The position numbers and the translations under genes are program-made. DNA of 58,669 nt, the filler included, from Squatina squatina (lineage: Eukaryota), in assembly GCA_031763465.1 (NCBI GenBank). It is 4 parts of 4 records of this genome, joined end to end, with 100 filler letters (N's around TTAATTAATTAA, not from the genome) between each part and the next. Parts side by side here need not be neighbours in the genome. Positions count along the whole stretch, not along the records: positions 1 to 13,444 come from JARFOE010000115.1; 3 more parts are not named here. The stretch is one strand, 5' to 3'. Below the pieces are notes generated by a model. It had not been told where the DNA came from. It ran no database searches and worked only from the letters and a program-made list of their open reading frames with translations. The stretch's first letter is position 1. Each line of letters starts with the position of its first letter. Positions 1-11,754 of the stretch are shown piece after piece.

Positions 1-1
1 C

Positions 2-403
2 CTAAGTCAGCTAACTTCTATCAGAGCTCGCTTAAACTGGACAATGCTTCTCCCACAATCATTTAAAAAGAACTACAAACCCGTCATCCAGGTAATGGGA
101 ACTCCACAGGTTATCGAGGAGTTGCCAGCATTGCTGGACCCAAGAGCAGCTCCATTAATTGCGGATAAAGAAATCCTGCAGTTGTTACCAAAGGCCTACA
201 TCTTGACCTGTGAACATGATATTCTAAGGGATGATGGAATAATGTATGCAAAGCGCTTAGAAGATGCTGGAATAGATGTGACTCTTGATCATTATGAAGA
301 TGGATTCCATGGTGCCATGATATTTGCACTGCCACCTACCAACTTTGATGTAGGAAACAGGATCATGAACAACTATATAAACTGGCTGGACAAAAATTTG
401 TGA
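2..403 (+). CDS. NCEH1: Neutral cholesterol ester hydrolase 1 (AADAC family), last coding exon, 5' end outside the window
   Basis: Open frame from the window edge: ...[14 protein letters not shown]...[26 protein letters not shown]...DGFHG...WLDKNL*. It contains the HSL-family catalytic Asp (HDILRDDG) and His (FHG) motifs and closely matches the NCEH1 C-terminus as recalled. Confidence 0.93.
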   Translation, partial: LSQLTSIRARLNWTMLLPQSFKKNYKPVIQVMGTPQVIEELPALLDPRAAPLIADKEILQLLPKAYILTCEHDILRDDGIMYAKRLEDAGIDVTLDHYEDGFHGAMIFALPPTNFDVGNRIMNNYINWLDKNL

Positions 404-701
404 ACTTTGTCAGGGTTGGGAAGTTGCAATAGAAAATGTTGTTACTGCAAGCGTTCTTTTGAAAAGACCTAAATATTTATGCAATGCAACAATTCAGTGC
501 AAATTTGTGTTCTAGAATTACTGAAGCTTGCTGGGCTTGATCCAGTTATAATGTGCATTCTATATGCTACAGCAAATCTGTAGCAAGACCAGGCATAATT
601 TNNNNNNNNNNNNNNNNNNNNNNNNNNNNNNNNNNNNNNNNNNNNNNNNNNNNNNNNNNNNNNNNNNNNNNNNNNNNNNNNNNNNNNNNNNNNNNNNNNN
701 N

Positions 702-1111
702 GAAGCTGGGGTTGTTCTCCTTGAAGCAGAGAAGGCCAAGAGGAGGTTTGATAAGAGCTGTTTAAAATCATGAAGGTTTTAGATAGAAAAACTTTTCAAT
801 GGCTGAAACGTCGATAACTTGAGGACACAGATTTAAGGTGATTGGCGAAAGAACCAGAGACAACATAAGAAAAAATAGTTTTACACAATGAGTGGTTAGG
901 GTTTGGAATGTGTTGCCTGATAGGGTGGTGGAATCAGATTCAATAATAGCCTTCAGAAGAAAATTAGATAAATACTTGAAGGACAAGAAATAGCAGGGAT
1001 ATTGGGAAAGAGCGGGGGAAATGGGACTAACTGGATTGCTTTTCAAAAGAACCGGCGCAGACTCGATGGGCCGAATGGCCTCCTTCTGTGCTGTACTTTC
1101 TATGATTCTAT
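702..1111 (+). mobile_element. CR1-clade LINE 3' fragment (shark HER1-like)
   Basis: Translates to LGLFSLKQRRPRGGLI (CR1 ORF2 C-terminus), followed by the GGCCGAATGGCC hairpin and an (ATTCTATG)n tail. Confidence 0.9.
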
Positions 1112-1415
1112 GGCTGATCTGTATCTTAACTCCATTTACTCCATATCCTTTAATATCCTTATCTAACCCTGGCAAATCCATGCAAGCTCTGGTACAAAAG
1201 ACCTCAAAAAAAGATAACATTTAGTCCTGTCACCTGCTATTTCCTTCATGTCATGCATAAAGTTGTAAATTTCAGATCACAGGAGAGTGGGTTGGCTTAT
1301 GGAAATAGCATCTTTACTATGAGCATACATAAAGAGTTGGGAGACAGCCCAAATTATAACAAACTGGTCACTCAAAATGAGTTTACATACAAATAACAAA
1401 TTGCACTAAACACAC

Positions 1416-1610
1416 CTTCATTCTTTCTGTATTTTGTGTATTAGTTGTTTTGGTCTCCAGATGGTGCTTCAGCTGTATCTTCTGATCTTTGATCTTTGCC
1501 TTCTGACTTTTTATTGTCTTCTCAAATTCAGAAACTTTCAGTCGCAATTTCCTATTGGCTCGTGATAGTTCTGCAGACTTGGATGTGGCATCATCTAGGA
1601 CTTTTCTAAA
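1416..1610 (-). CDS. CCDC150: Coiled-coil domain-containing protein 150, internal exon (phase 0-0)
   Basis: AG|...|GT-bounded 195-nt exon encoding FRKVLDDATSKSAELSRANRKLRLKVSEFEK...IKDQKIQLKHHL...NTERMK, similar to recalled CCDC150 (SRANRELRQK...KIKNQKTQIKLHL...NIERMK). Confidence 0.8.
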
Positions 1611-2248
1611 CTATGAAGTCAGAAAATATTTGCAAGTCAAGGAAAATTATAGTAGTTCTTTGCAGATACGTTCTTCCGATAGATTCATATTTCAGCTGTG
1701 TCTAGGGCTGTAGTACAGTCAAAAGTATTACTTAACTCTCCTACTCAAGTTGAATTAAATGCTTGGGATGCAAAATTTGGATCATTAGCCCCTTTATTTT
1801 GGGCGCTATGAGGGTCTTTAGAGCTCCAAAATGCTGTCCGTAGCTCCAGGCTAGAACTGGAGATATTTGTAACATCTCCCAGTTTGCCACCCACTGTTGT
1901 GTAAGGGAGGTCACTGAGGCTCTCTATNNNNNNNNNNNNNNNNNNNNNNNNNNNNNNNNNNNNNNNNNNNNNNNNNNNNNNNNNNNNNNNNNNNNNNNNN
2001 NNNNNNNNNNNNNNNNNNNNNNNNNNNAGGATTGGAGTCAGGTGTGAGGTAAAATTTCTTTAAATCTCAAACTCGACCCCAACCCACCCATTTCCAGGTT
2101 TAACGGGGGCGGGTAGTAGCACTGACCTTGGTTACATCTATCTTTGGTGGCTGCTGATTTTGTGGGTTATGCAACAAAATAACTGAAATAAAATTTATTG
2201 AAAAGCATTATGTATAACCAATATATATGTAATACGGCATCTCCTTAC

Positions 2249-2418
2249 TTGTCCCGTTGTAAGCCATTTATCTCTGTATCTCTTTGTCCAAGTTCTATCT
2301 GTAGTTTCTCCACTGTCTGCTGGAGTTTTGTATGTGATACTAACACATTCTGTAGAGTCATTGCCATTTGGCTATTATCTTGCTTAGAATCTGTCAAATG
2401 TTGCTGAAGAGTTGCAAT
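2249..2418 (-). CDS. CCDC150: CCDC150 internal exon
   Basis: ttccag|...|gtaagg; encodes IATLQQHLTDSKQDNSQMAMTLQNVLVSHTKLQQTVEKLQIELGQRDTEINGLQRD, similar to recalled [29 protein letters not shown]. Confidence 0.82.
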
Positions 2419-4227
2419 CTGGAAAGCGAATTAGCATTCCTAATCAGTTCAAGCATTGAGTTGTGAATTATTAAAAACTATTGACTTGAGGAGGGATTTG
2501 AACTCTTACCTCAGACAGTTCCAAGTATGAGTGCCAATCTTCACATTTAAAACTCAACTCCAAACTTATACTGCCACTTTCATGACAAAGTGCCTTGCAC
2601 CTTTAGTTGCATGTCAATCACAAGCCAACAGGTATGAAAAATATATAGCTATCACTGCCAACTTCCTGTAGTCAGTTTACCTTCCCAAGCATTCAGTTTC
2701 TTCCCAATCAAACCACAAATGCAATTGNNNNNNNNNNNNNNNNNNNNNNNNNNNNNNNNNNNNNNNNNNNNNNNNNNNNNNNNNNNNNNNNNNNNNNNNN
2801 NNNNNNNNNNNNNNNNNNNNNNNNNNNACTGAAATATTCTTCCTTCAGTAAAACTGCATTTTTCCAGATCTCAAGCAGGTCAAATGTGTTTGGATTTCCA
2901 CTCGTCCCACTCTAATCCTTAGAATAAAATGGTTACAGTCACAGCAGGCATTAATGTTGATCTTCGATGACACAAAAGTACAACTGGAGTGTGGCTAGTA
3001 AATGGCATTGAGTGATACGAGGGTGAGCTGGACAAATACTGTGCTGTCATTTCAGAACATGGAGACATATGGAAAGTGCTTCTTTTGCTAGCTTCTTCAG
3101 ATATAACATTTCCCAAATTGAAAGTTGCCCATAAAACACTTCAATTCTCTGAACCACAATTTAAAAATTCATCAGGAAATTCTAGCACAAGTTTGACTGT
3201 TAACAGATCGTAATTTAGGTGTAACAAATTAAAAATAAATAGAAAATTTGTTTTTTGAAATTGAAATAGATTCCATATCAAGCTGATTATAGTACATGGA
3301 CAATAATCTCCAGCTCTACAGCAACCAGAATCTTTCCACAGTGCACTGGAGGTGAATGAAAAGCATTCAGTGCACTTTCTAACCATGGAACATTAATTCA
3401 CCAAATAATTCTCTTGAAAGGTAAGAAAATGACGCACGGTTTAGTCTGGTACAAGCGTTCTCCGGTGCCTATCTTTGAGGTGGTGTAGAAAAGCTTCATC
3501 TCGGCCTCTGAGACCTGGCATTCTGCCAATTTACTCAGAATATCTTTTCTCTGACAGAAAATGGAAAAAAGTTTAAATGTTTTCAGCAGCAGAAAATAGG
3601 TACTTTTATTAAGCAAGACAGGTAAAACCTTATTACTTTTTGAACTCTATCAAAGCCTTGGGAGAAAAAGAACCCTGGGCACCACTTGATAATATCAGCA
3701 AGAGGTTTGTTTAATGGTACTTTTGGTTGAGTATTTTATTATAAAGGCAAGCATTCTATTATTTAGAAAATCTACAAATTTGGACTTATTTAAATAGAAT
3801 TTTAGGGCAGATTTTCTATGTAATTCCAGTCTGAGCTAAGACACAACTGGGGTGCATTTCCAGTAATCTTCCAGCCCCATGTGGTGGAGGGGGGAAAGAG
3901 GAATGAGGTTGGGGTTTGGGCCATAGGCAGATCTTCCACCTGCCTCCAAGTCAAGGGGCCATGCCAAGGGGAGCTCTTGGACTGTCCCAGGGATATCGCC
4001 CTTAAATAGGCCTCAGCAGATCTCACACTAGCTAACAAGAGTTGGTATGAATCCTGCTGACTCCCCTGACCTTGGCAGAAGATAATTAATGTGGAGGGAT
4101 TCGATGACCTTACTGTACCAGAGGTATCGTTGCCACGGAGCCACTCTTTCTCAGCCCAGAAAGGGTCTCCAGGTACCTATAGTGGAGCAAGCTCTGTGCC
4201 ACGGATGTACCTTTATAGGCATACAAA

Positions 4228-4320
4228 CAAAAATTGCTGGAAAAACTCAGCAGGTCAAGCAGCATCTGTGGAAAGAAAAACAGAGTCAACGTTTCGGGTC
4301 GATGACGCTTCGTCTGAACA
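4228..4320 (-). mobile_element. Penelope-like element terminal fragment (shark repeat) with degenerate minimal hammerhead motif
   Basis: Plus strand TGCTGGAAAAACTCAGCAGGTCAAGCAGCATCTGTGG...AACGTTTCGGGTCGATGAC; homologous copies at 29192-29285 and 43805-44036. The Penelope assignment is from recall. Confidence 0.65.
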
Positions 4321-4540
4321 TGGAAACCTATTTCATATTGAACTCAAGAAGCAAAATTTAAAACAGTTTTTGTGAATGACTTAACTTTCTCAGGTATAAT
4401 ACAAATAGTTTTGAATTAAAATTAGAAGTATAATATTGATAGGTATGTAACATGTCATTTTTAATAACATCTACCGCTCCGAGTGGCTGCTTCCCTCTGC
4501 TCTGCTGTTGACACCAAATTTATGGCAAGAAGGTATTTAC

Positions 4541-4718
4541 CTGGTCCAGTAGGCTCTCCTTTTCCTGCTTAATATGTTCACATTCATTAACAGCAGTCTT
4601 TAAGTCCTCTTTCAGGTGGGCAATTGCAGACTCAAGAAGAATCTTCTGTACTGTTGCCTTTTTCTCCACTGTTTCGAATTTCTGTTGTATCTCAGTATGC
4701 TCTAATCTTAAATCCTCT
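4541..4718 (-). CDS. CCDC150: CCDC150 internal exon
   Basis: cag|...|gtaaat; encodes EDLRLEHTEIQQKFETVEKKATVQKILLESAIAHLKEDLKTAVNECEHIKQEKESLLDQ. Coiled-coil, similar to recalled TAVQKELLESTIARL. Confidence 0.78.
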
Positions 4719-5294
4719 CTGATGAATTATAATAAGAAAAAAGAAAAACATTTGCAGCGTACTTTGATATCACATAGCTGATTAATAAAAGACTATTTTT
4801 TTCAAATTATACTGGTAGAACTATTGTGACATGCTTACCGATAAAATAAAAGTACATAAAAGTGTGCTCCTCACCCACCACAACTAGATCAATAAATAAA
4901 CCAGATCAACTAACAAGTAAATAGATTTGTGCGCAATCTGCCACATCCCAATACTGCCAGACTGTCTCTCCTAATGCTCCGACACCTCCTCCCAGTCTTG
5001 CTGGGCACCAGGATCCCCCTCCCCTCCTGCACCCCCATTCCAGATAGCAGGAACTCCTCTCAGTGCTCAAAAACCCCTAGATTACATTCCCAGCGCTGCC
5101 GATTCCAAAACCGCCCAAATGCTCCCGAGACCAACTTCCCCAGTGCTACCAAATCATAGGACTGCCCCAGTGTTCTCAAATCTCCTTCTCCAATGTTCCA
5201 GGAATCCCAGGACTGTCCTTCCAGTGCTCCTTAAAATACTGCTGGACCCTGAAACTCTATCCTAATACCGACAGTCTTGGGAAACACACACAGG

Positions 5295-5640
5295 TACAGG
5301 AGCAGGCCATTCAGCCCCTTGAGCCTGTTCCGCCATTCAATCAGATCATGGCTGATCTGTATCTTAACTCCGTTTACCCACTTTGGTTCCATATCTCGTA
5401 AGATCCTTACTTAACAAAAATCTATCGATCACAGTTTTGAAATTTTCGATTGGCCTAGCCTCAGCAACATTCTCGGGGAGAGAACTCAGATTTCCACTAC
5501 CTTTTTTGTGAAGTCGTGCTTCCTGACATCACTCCTGAATGACCTGGCTCTAATTTTCAGGTTATGCCCCTTTGTTCTGGCCTCCCCCATCAGAGGAAAT
5601 AGTTTCTTTCCAACTACCCTATCAAATCCTTTAATCATCG
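5295..5640 (-). mobile_element. CR1-clade LINE 3' fragment
   Basis: Reverse complement of a CR1 3' end (GGCCATTCAGCCC...GATCATGGCTGATCTG...); same family as 33245-33540, 42180-42460 and 51315-51570. Confidence 0.85.
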
Positions 5641-5642
5641 TA

Positions 5643-5813
5643 AAGAAAGAAAGACTTGCATTTACATAGCGCCTTCCACGACACCAGACGTCTCAAAGCG
5701 CTTTACAGCCAATGAAGTACTTTTGGAGTGTAGTCGCTGTTGTAATGTAGGAAATGCAGCAGCCAATTTGCACACAGCAAGCTCCCACAAACAGCAATGT
5801 GATAATGACCAGA
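5643..5813 (-). mobile_element. Deu-domain SINE (SacSINE1/AmnSINE1-like) 3' part
   Basis: Minus strand reads CATTGCTGTTTGTGGGAGCTTGCTGTGTGCAAATTGGCTGC...GTAAAGCGCTTTGAGACG...GGCGCTATGTAAATGCAAGTCTTTCTTT: Deu-domain-like core plus an L2-type tail. Truncated by a gap. Confidence 0.8.
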
Positions 5814-6073
5814 NNNNNNNNNNNNNNNNNNNNNNNNNNNNNNNNNNNNNNNNNNNNNNNNNNNNNNNNNNNNNNNNNNNNNNNNNNNNNNNNNNNNNNN
5901 NNNNNNNNNNNNNGTTACCAGCGCCACGCCCGGTCGTAAAGTCGTTTGCAAAACCCCAATTTCTCCCCCACTAACTCTTTACAATTAAATAACTACAAAG
6001 ATTCTCAATAAAGGCCCTCTAAACTTTAATGCTAATAAAGCTTTATAGTAGATTGTATACCTCATTTGTGTAC

Positions 6074-6243
6074 CTTAGTTGCTGTGGCCATCTCCAGAGC
6101 AGCACTCAGCCTTTCTATTTCTTCCTGTGCTGCCTCCTTTTCCTCACTAACTTCACTCAGCTGCTGTCGGAATCGCATAATCTCCCTCTGTATTTTCTTT
6201 AGCTCCTGAACATGTTCTTCCTGCATTGCAGCCAGTCGATCCA
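6074..6243 (-). CDS. CCDC150: CCDC150 internal exon (most 5' one visible)
   Basis: tgtag|...|gtacac; encodes DRLAAMQEEHVQELKKIQREIMRFRQQLSEVSEEKEAAQEEIERLSAALEMATATK, similar to recalled RLNAIQEEHSKDLK...AQDEVQRLTATLKIASQTK. The four exons are colinear with the protein. Confidence 0.82.
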
Positions 6244-7233
6244 CTACAACAATGTTGTAAAGAAGACAACAGCTTACTTCATGCTTAGCATTTTTGTGCT
6301 CCTTTTAAAACCACTGTGCTATTAATAAATACACTAGACAAAATTTCAGAAGCTATATTTTTTTCTGATGTGGAGTATCTCAGAATAGTCATCTGTAACC
6401 AATGTGGTCTATATGGAATATATTACAGAATTTGCTCGCAATGTAAATGGTAAAATGCATTACAATGCTTGCTGCTGTACAATAAGTTGTACAATAAGTA
6501 TTTTTTCTTACAGGTATGAATAAGCTGGTAAATTCCAAGCCAAGGGAGCAGCAAACACTCTTAACAAACTTGCTTCATGGAGGGAAGAGTCCTCAGTACA
6601 GCTTGACTACTGGTCAATACCAGGCTCTACTTTTACCTTAAACAAATAGACAGGGTTGGCAGAATAAACATTGGCGGAAGGGTCGAGAACCAGAGGACAC
6701 AGATTTAAGGGGATTGGCAGANNNNNNNNNNNNNNNNNNNNNNNNNNNNNNNNNNNNNNNNNNNNNNNNNNNNNNNNNNNNNNNNNNNNNNNNNNNNNNN
6801 NNNNNNNNNNNNNNNNNNNNNGTTTACCGCTGCAATTATTATAATGAGCGGGCAGCATGAATTTTGCATGCTGCCTGCACCACTTTGAACAGGTGTGACT
6901 GTCGTCAGGCTTTATCCAATTTCCAGGCCAATCTGCTTCAAATATGTTAATTGAGGGATAAATATTGGCCAGGACACTGGGAATAACTCCCCTGCTCTTA
7001 CAGTTTGAACAACCTATTTGTACCACAGATTAGCCAAAGAATGATATGATGATACTTTTATTGATTTAAGGAATCACAACATTGCATATTGTTCAATATT
7101 TAAATCTACTTAAAGCAGCTCCTGAAAATTTACCAATATTTCTCGACAATTGTTCCTAAGGTGAACAGAAAAAACAAATACATTGCTCAATTAACATTTG
7201 ACAACTGACTGTTACAAAGCAAATTGTATTATT

Positions 7234-7638
7234 CTATCTGCTGGCTGCAGCTGCTCTACCCATCAGATGTTTTTTTGTGTTCTGATCTGGCTTCAACAAA
7301 ATAATGTAGCATTTAGGAGCAAAATTACAGGTAGCCAGGCCAAAGCTGGAGGACAAAATTGCAAATATTTCAACAGCTACTGTATATTTTCCAGGTGAGC
7401 TAATGTAAGCTGGAATGAAAGTTATCCAAACTGCAGAAAAGATTAACATGCTAAAGGTGATGAACTTGGCTTCATTAAAGTTGTCTGGCAGCTTTCGTGC
7501 TAGAAATGCTAATACGACAGAAATAGCTGCCAGCAAGCCAATGTAACCCAATACACAACAGAATGCTGTTACAGAGCCAACATCACATTCCAGGATAATT
7601 TTTGCACTTTGATACTTGGTGTTTTTTACTGGAAATGG
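7234..7638 (-). CDS. Vomeronasal type-2 (V2R/OlfC) class C GPCR, 3' part of the 7TM exon
   Basis: [25 protein letters not shown]...[23 protein letters not shown]...[25 protein letters not shown]...[16 protein letters not shown], the V2R/CaSR signature. The 5' part is lost in the gap. Confidence 0.95.
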   Translation of the reverse strand, partial: PFPVKNTKYQSAKIILECDVGSVTAFCCVLGYIGLLAAISVVLAFLARKLPDNFNEAKFITFSMLIFSAVWITFIPAYISSPGKYTVAVEIFAILSSSFGLATCNFAPKCYIILLKPDQNTKKHLMGRAAAASR

Positions 7639-7738
7639 NNNNNNNNNNNNNNNNNNNNNNNNNNNNNNNNNNNNNNNNNNNNNNNNNNNNNNNNNNNNNN
7701 NNNNNNNNNNNNNNNNNNNNNNNNNNNNNNNNNNNNNN

Positions 7739-7955
7739 CATCACGCCAAATAACAATGTCTTCATCAATTAAAAGTTCTTGCCCAGGAGCTGCTGATGCA
7801 TCAAAAAGGCCAACAGTAACAATTTTAACAGAACCTTCTGCATCCATTTGCCAGTTCATGATATCATATGATGCAATAGGATCACCATTTTCATCAAAAT
7901 ATACTTTTTCACCAACATGGTTTGTAAAGGTAACTTCCTTTAGGTAATGGAGAAG
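7739..7955 (-). CDS. V2R receptor exon 4 (partial)
   Basis: cag|LLHYLKEVTFTNHVGEKVYFDENGDPIASYDIMNWQ...LLIDEDIVIW; runs into a gap. The Cys-rich exon is missing. Confidence 0.93.
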
Positions 7956-8079
7956 CTGCATGTTGAGGTTGGAAAATTATATAATTATTTTTAACCTTTA
8001 AAAGAGTAGAAATGTCATTATTCATAAACAATACAAGTGTAAAATCTGAACATGCATAAGATACAGAAAAATGCCTTAC

Positions 8080-8916
8080 TTGCCATGGCTCAAAGTGTGA
8101 AATACTTGCGCAGGTTTTGTTCAGAAATGGTCCTTTGTCGGGTTCACAGGTTACCAAATTATGAAGTGCATGAGCTATCGCATACACTGCTTTGTAGACA
8201 TTATATGAAACTCTCAATTGTGACACATCACTATATACACTGTCCATTTTCTCTACATTTTCTTGTCCTGTACATATTGGTTCCGAAACAGTGTTTGTAG
8301 TGTGTCCAGTGGTGTTATCTGGTGAATTAAGAGTACATCCAAATAGCTTTTCCCAGAATCTATTTTTTAAAGAATTACCAGGGGCCGAGGACGGGCGTAC
8401 CTTAAGAAGAAATTCCTTGAATTGTGGAATTTCTCCTTTACGAAAGGCAAACCCGATTGTTCCACCAAATGATCTAAAGTTTTGTTTTGTTGCTAGCAGT
8501 GCTGCTGTACTCCACGTTTCACTTGCTATCCACTGTTTATTTGTAATATTCTGACGCACCACTTCATTGGCTAAAGAAATTATATCTCCTACACCGGCAA
8601 ACAACACAATAACCTTTGCTGTGGACTTTTTGATGGTATCTACAATCTGAAGTATCTTATGTCTGGAAGGAATTTTTGGAATTGCCTCAGTAAAGGCAAG
8701 GCATACACCAAAATTCTGAACCTGTTTATTAAATAACTGAACTAAATATTGGCCATAATCATCTTGAGTTGCTATAGTCCCAACCCAAGTCCAGCCGAAA
8801 TGCTTCACAAGTTGGGCCATAGCTTTCGCTTGAAAGCTATCACTCGGTATTGTCCTGAAAAAGGTGGGGAACTCCAGTTTGTTGCTAAGACATGAGCATG
8901 AAGAAGAGTAACTGAC
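8080..8916 (-). CDS. V2R receptor exon 3 (Venus flytrap domain)
   Basis: 837-nt phase 0-0 exon: VSYSSSCSCLSNKLEFPTFFRTIPSDSFQAKAMAQLVKHFGWTWVG...WIASETW...YNVYKAVYAIAHALHNL...FEPWQ|gtaagg; no stops. Confidence 0.95.
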
Positions 8917-9524
8917 CTGAAAAATAGTAGAAAAGATTTGTGAAGATTCAATGAAAAGATGAGAGACAGAGTTACATTTGCTGCTTTGTTAATAACACGG
9001 TAAATCTCATGTTAAAGCATGTTAAAATAGGAGGTAGTTTTTCAATAAGATTGCGTGTAATTTAAGATCTCTTGTCATCCAAAAATGATGAATCACAATA
9101 TTATTACAGCACATTTTGCCTATTTTATTTGATGTCTTACAATTTGAAAAAGAGATTTAAGATTTATTTATATGCACTGCATTTTTATACATGAATGAGT
9201 ACTTCTACATCTACAGCGTCTCCACTTGCAGTGTCATTGCTTGTGACAAATCAATGAATGCGTTACCGTTATGAATTTGAAATTAAAATCAATGCCTACA
9301 GTACATGAATGAGTCTTGACATAGAATTTAGTAGCAAAGTTGCAAATAGATATTGCATTCATGTTTATATACATATTGAAATATTGTATACAGAAAATAA
9401 GAGGTAGATTTTAATCTGCTCCATATCCGGAGAAAATTTGTTTTTTCTTTGGCAAACAAAATACCTTCTATCAATCTTTGATGATTTAAAAGTATTTTAA
9501 ATGTTTGCCAGTAACCTTTCTTAC

Positions 9525-9812
9525 CATAGGTATTCTGAATCGTCCAGCAATTCTTCCAATAATAATGGATTGTGTTGATCGTGCGTCACCAACAATTGCA
9601 GGAATGGGAGGTGATCCTGTACATTTATAATTCTTGATCATATTATCTACTCCATTGAGGAGTGTGACTGCTGCTCTGACAGCCTGTGGTACTTTACGGC
9701 AGTTGTCATAAATGCTATAGCCTAACTTTATACTTGGAAGTAGTGTTTGATCTTTGTTTATTTCTTCAATGGCGAAGATCATCATCTGTAGCCACCGAAA
9801 TGTTCTGAAATT
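9525..9812 (-). CDS. V2R receptor exon 2 (first few bases in the gap)
   Basis: NFRTFRWLQMMIFAIEEINKDQTLLPSIKLGYSIYDNC...AIVGDARS...FRIPM|gtaaga. Confidence 0.94.
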
Positions 9813-10404
9813 NNNNNNNNNNNNNNNNNNNNNNNNNNNNNNNNNNNNNNNNNNNNNNNNNNNNNNNNNNNNNNNNNNNNNNNNNNNNNNNNNNNNNNNN
9901 NNNNNNNNNNNNAAGCATGTATCCAACATACCCATCCCAGCACAATTAATAGAACGGTTAATTTCAACGTTGCAAGGTTGAGTCCCAGGGCTACTTATTG
10001 CTGATTTTCTCAAGCAAGTCAATTTTATCAGTTCTTAACTGAGTCAATAGAGGGAACTTTGCATGGTAGTGAGGCATTCCAATTTGCAATAAAATTACTG
10101 GAAAAGCAGTTACTGTAATTCCTTGTTAATTAATTATGTAGAATTATTGATGGTAATCATGGAGAATCCACTGTATGTTAGGTCTAATGAAGGGAATCGC
10201 ACATGGATGGATCAATCAGAAAATCTGAATAAATCAAAAATCCCTTGACTAGTATTTGCTTCTGTTTATGATAATCCATTTTGTGCTGTTTCTGTTTATC
10301 ACCTGCACAAATATTGAATCAAGAAACATTTGTTTTCACCCCTAATTTTCACTCCAATTTTCCCCTTACAACGAGTTGGAAACTCACAATGATGCAAGGT
10401 TTCT

Positions 10405-10720
10405 TGGCTGGTAACTCATCCATGTAGCCATGCCTTATGTACAAATCTGGACAGTGAATAAGATTCACGATTCAAGTATGGGTCACAGCAGGGTCCAATA
10501 ATCTGAGCCATCCAATCACAGGACTGTCAAAAGGGTTCACTTGGCAGCAATCAGGAACAGGAACCGAGACTTGTTTTTTATCTCCTCTCTTTAACTGGGT
10601 GATGCAGAGATTGATTGTGGCACTCCCATTTGCACCCTTGCTGATGAAAAGCACAGACTGGACTTTTCTGGCTTGAATGGTTCAATACCACACAATCATC
10701 TACCCAATGAATCATCAGGG
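10405..10720 (-). mobile_element. Old degenerate SINE-like repeat
   Basis: By eye it resembles 38345-38600 in the opposite orientation (tRNA-like head, then GCTGATTTCAGC.. and CCTGCTCCT..-like blocks). Family not identified. Confidence 0.4.
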
Positions 10721-11545
10721 AAGGAAACATTTAAGTTAATCTCTACTTTTTTTTGTTCTCAAGCATAAACTATTCATTTGGCTGATTAACAGCGATTTAA
10801 ACTAATAAGATAAGATATAGGTAATGTTTGCCATTGATTTTTAAAAAATCGTATACTCTAATTACTATTTGTTGCCAATAAAAGTATATGAATAAGGACT
10901 TGCTTTTAAAATCATTTCCTTCCAACCACTTTCAAGTCTGATTCATTTAATTTTTAAGCAGTTATTTTAAAAAACTAATTCCAAGCAGCTACCTTCACTG
11001 AAACTTATTCTTTTTCTGTCTTGTCTCCCTATTGCAATCAAAGCCATAATTATCAGTCATTCAAAAGCCATGTATTGTAGTTCTGCCTGCTTTCTATTTT
11101 TCAACCCATATTTTGCTCAAAGTGTGCAACTTCATGGGAACACAATTATGTAAATTCCATTTTTTCAGCAAAATATTTTAAGTCTCTTTCAATTTCAATA
11201 ATTCCAATTTTGCATTCTAAAAATATAGTTTTTGAGAATTATTTGTATTTTGAGATTTGAACAAACACCAGAAACATTAAAATCAATGCAGCTGCTCATG
11301 AATTAAACTTAGCTTAGATTTTAATAGCAAAGTTTCAAATAGATATTACATTTATTACCATTTATATATATATTGAAATACTGTAAATAGAAATCAAGCG
11401 ATAGATTTTAATCTGCTCTGCATCCAGTGAAAATTAGTTTTTCTTTGGCAAAAAAAAACCTTTTATCACTCTTTGTCAATTTACAAGTATTTTAAATATT
11501 TAACAGCAACCTTTCAATTTATTTGTGAAAAACCTTCAAACTCAC

Positions 11546-11754
11546 CCTTCACATTGTAGTATCTCAGGCTTTGTCTTGTAGGAAAGTTCAGGCACAGTTA
11601 CTGTGAAGTGAATAGGAAACAATCCACCAATAATGATGTCTCCTGGAGCCCGGGTGTTGTCAAAATCATCAAGAATTTCACAAGCATGTAGCAGATTGAT
11701 AGATAAGGTGCAGAGTGCGAGGAACACCTTGTACAGGATCATGCTTCTGAGCAT
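11546..11754 (-). CDS. V2R receptor exon 1 (signal peptide)
   Basis: MLRSMILYKVFLALCTLSINLLHAC...PGDIIIGGLFPIH...CEG|gtgagt: hydrophobic signal peptide plus the GDIIIGGLFPIH class C GPCR motif. It is on a different contig from exon 2, so it could belong to a paralog. Confidence 0.9.

Noticed and set aside
2829-3390. Short ORFs in a CCDC150 intron
   Set aside because: No recognisable homology, and stops in all long frames.
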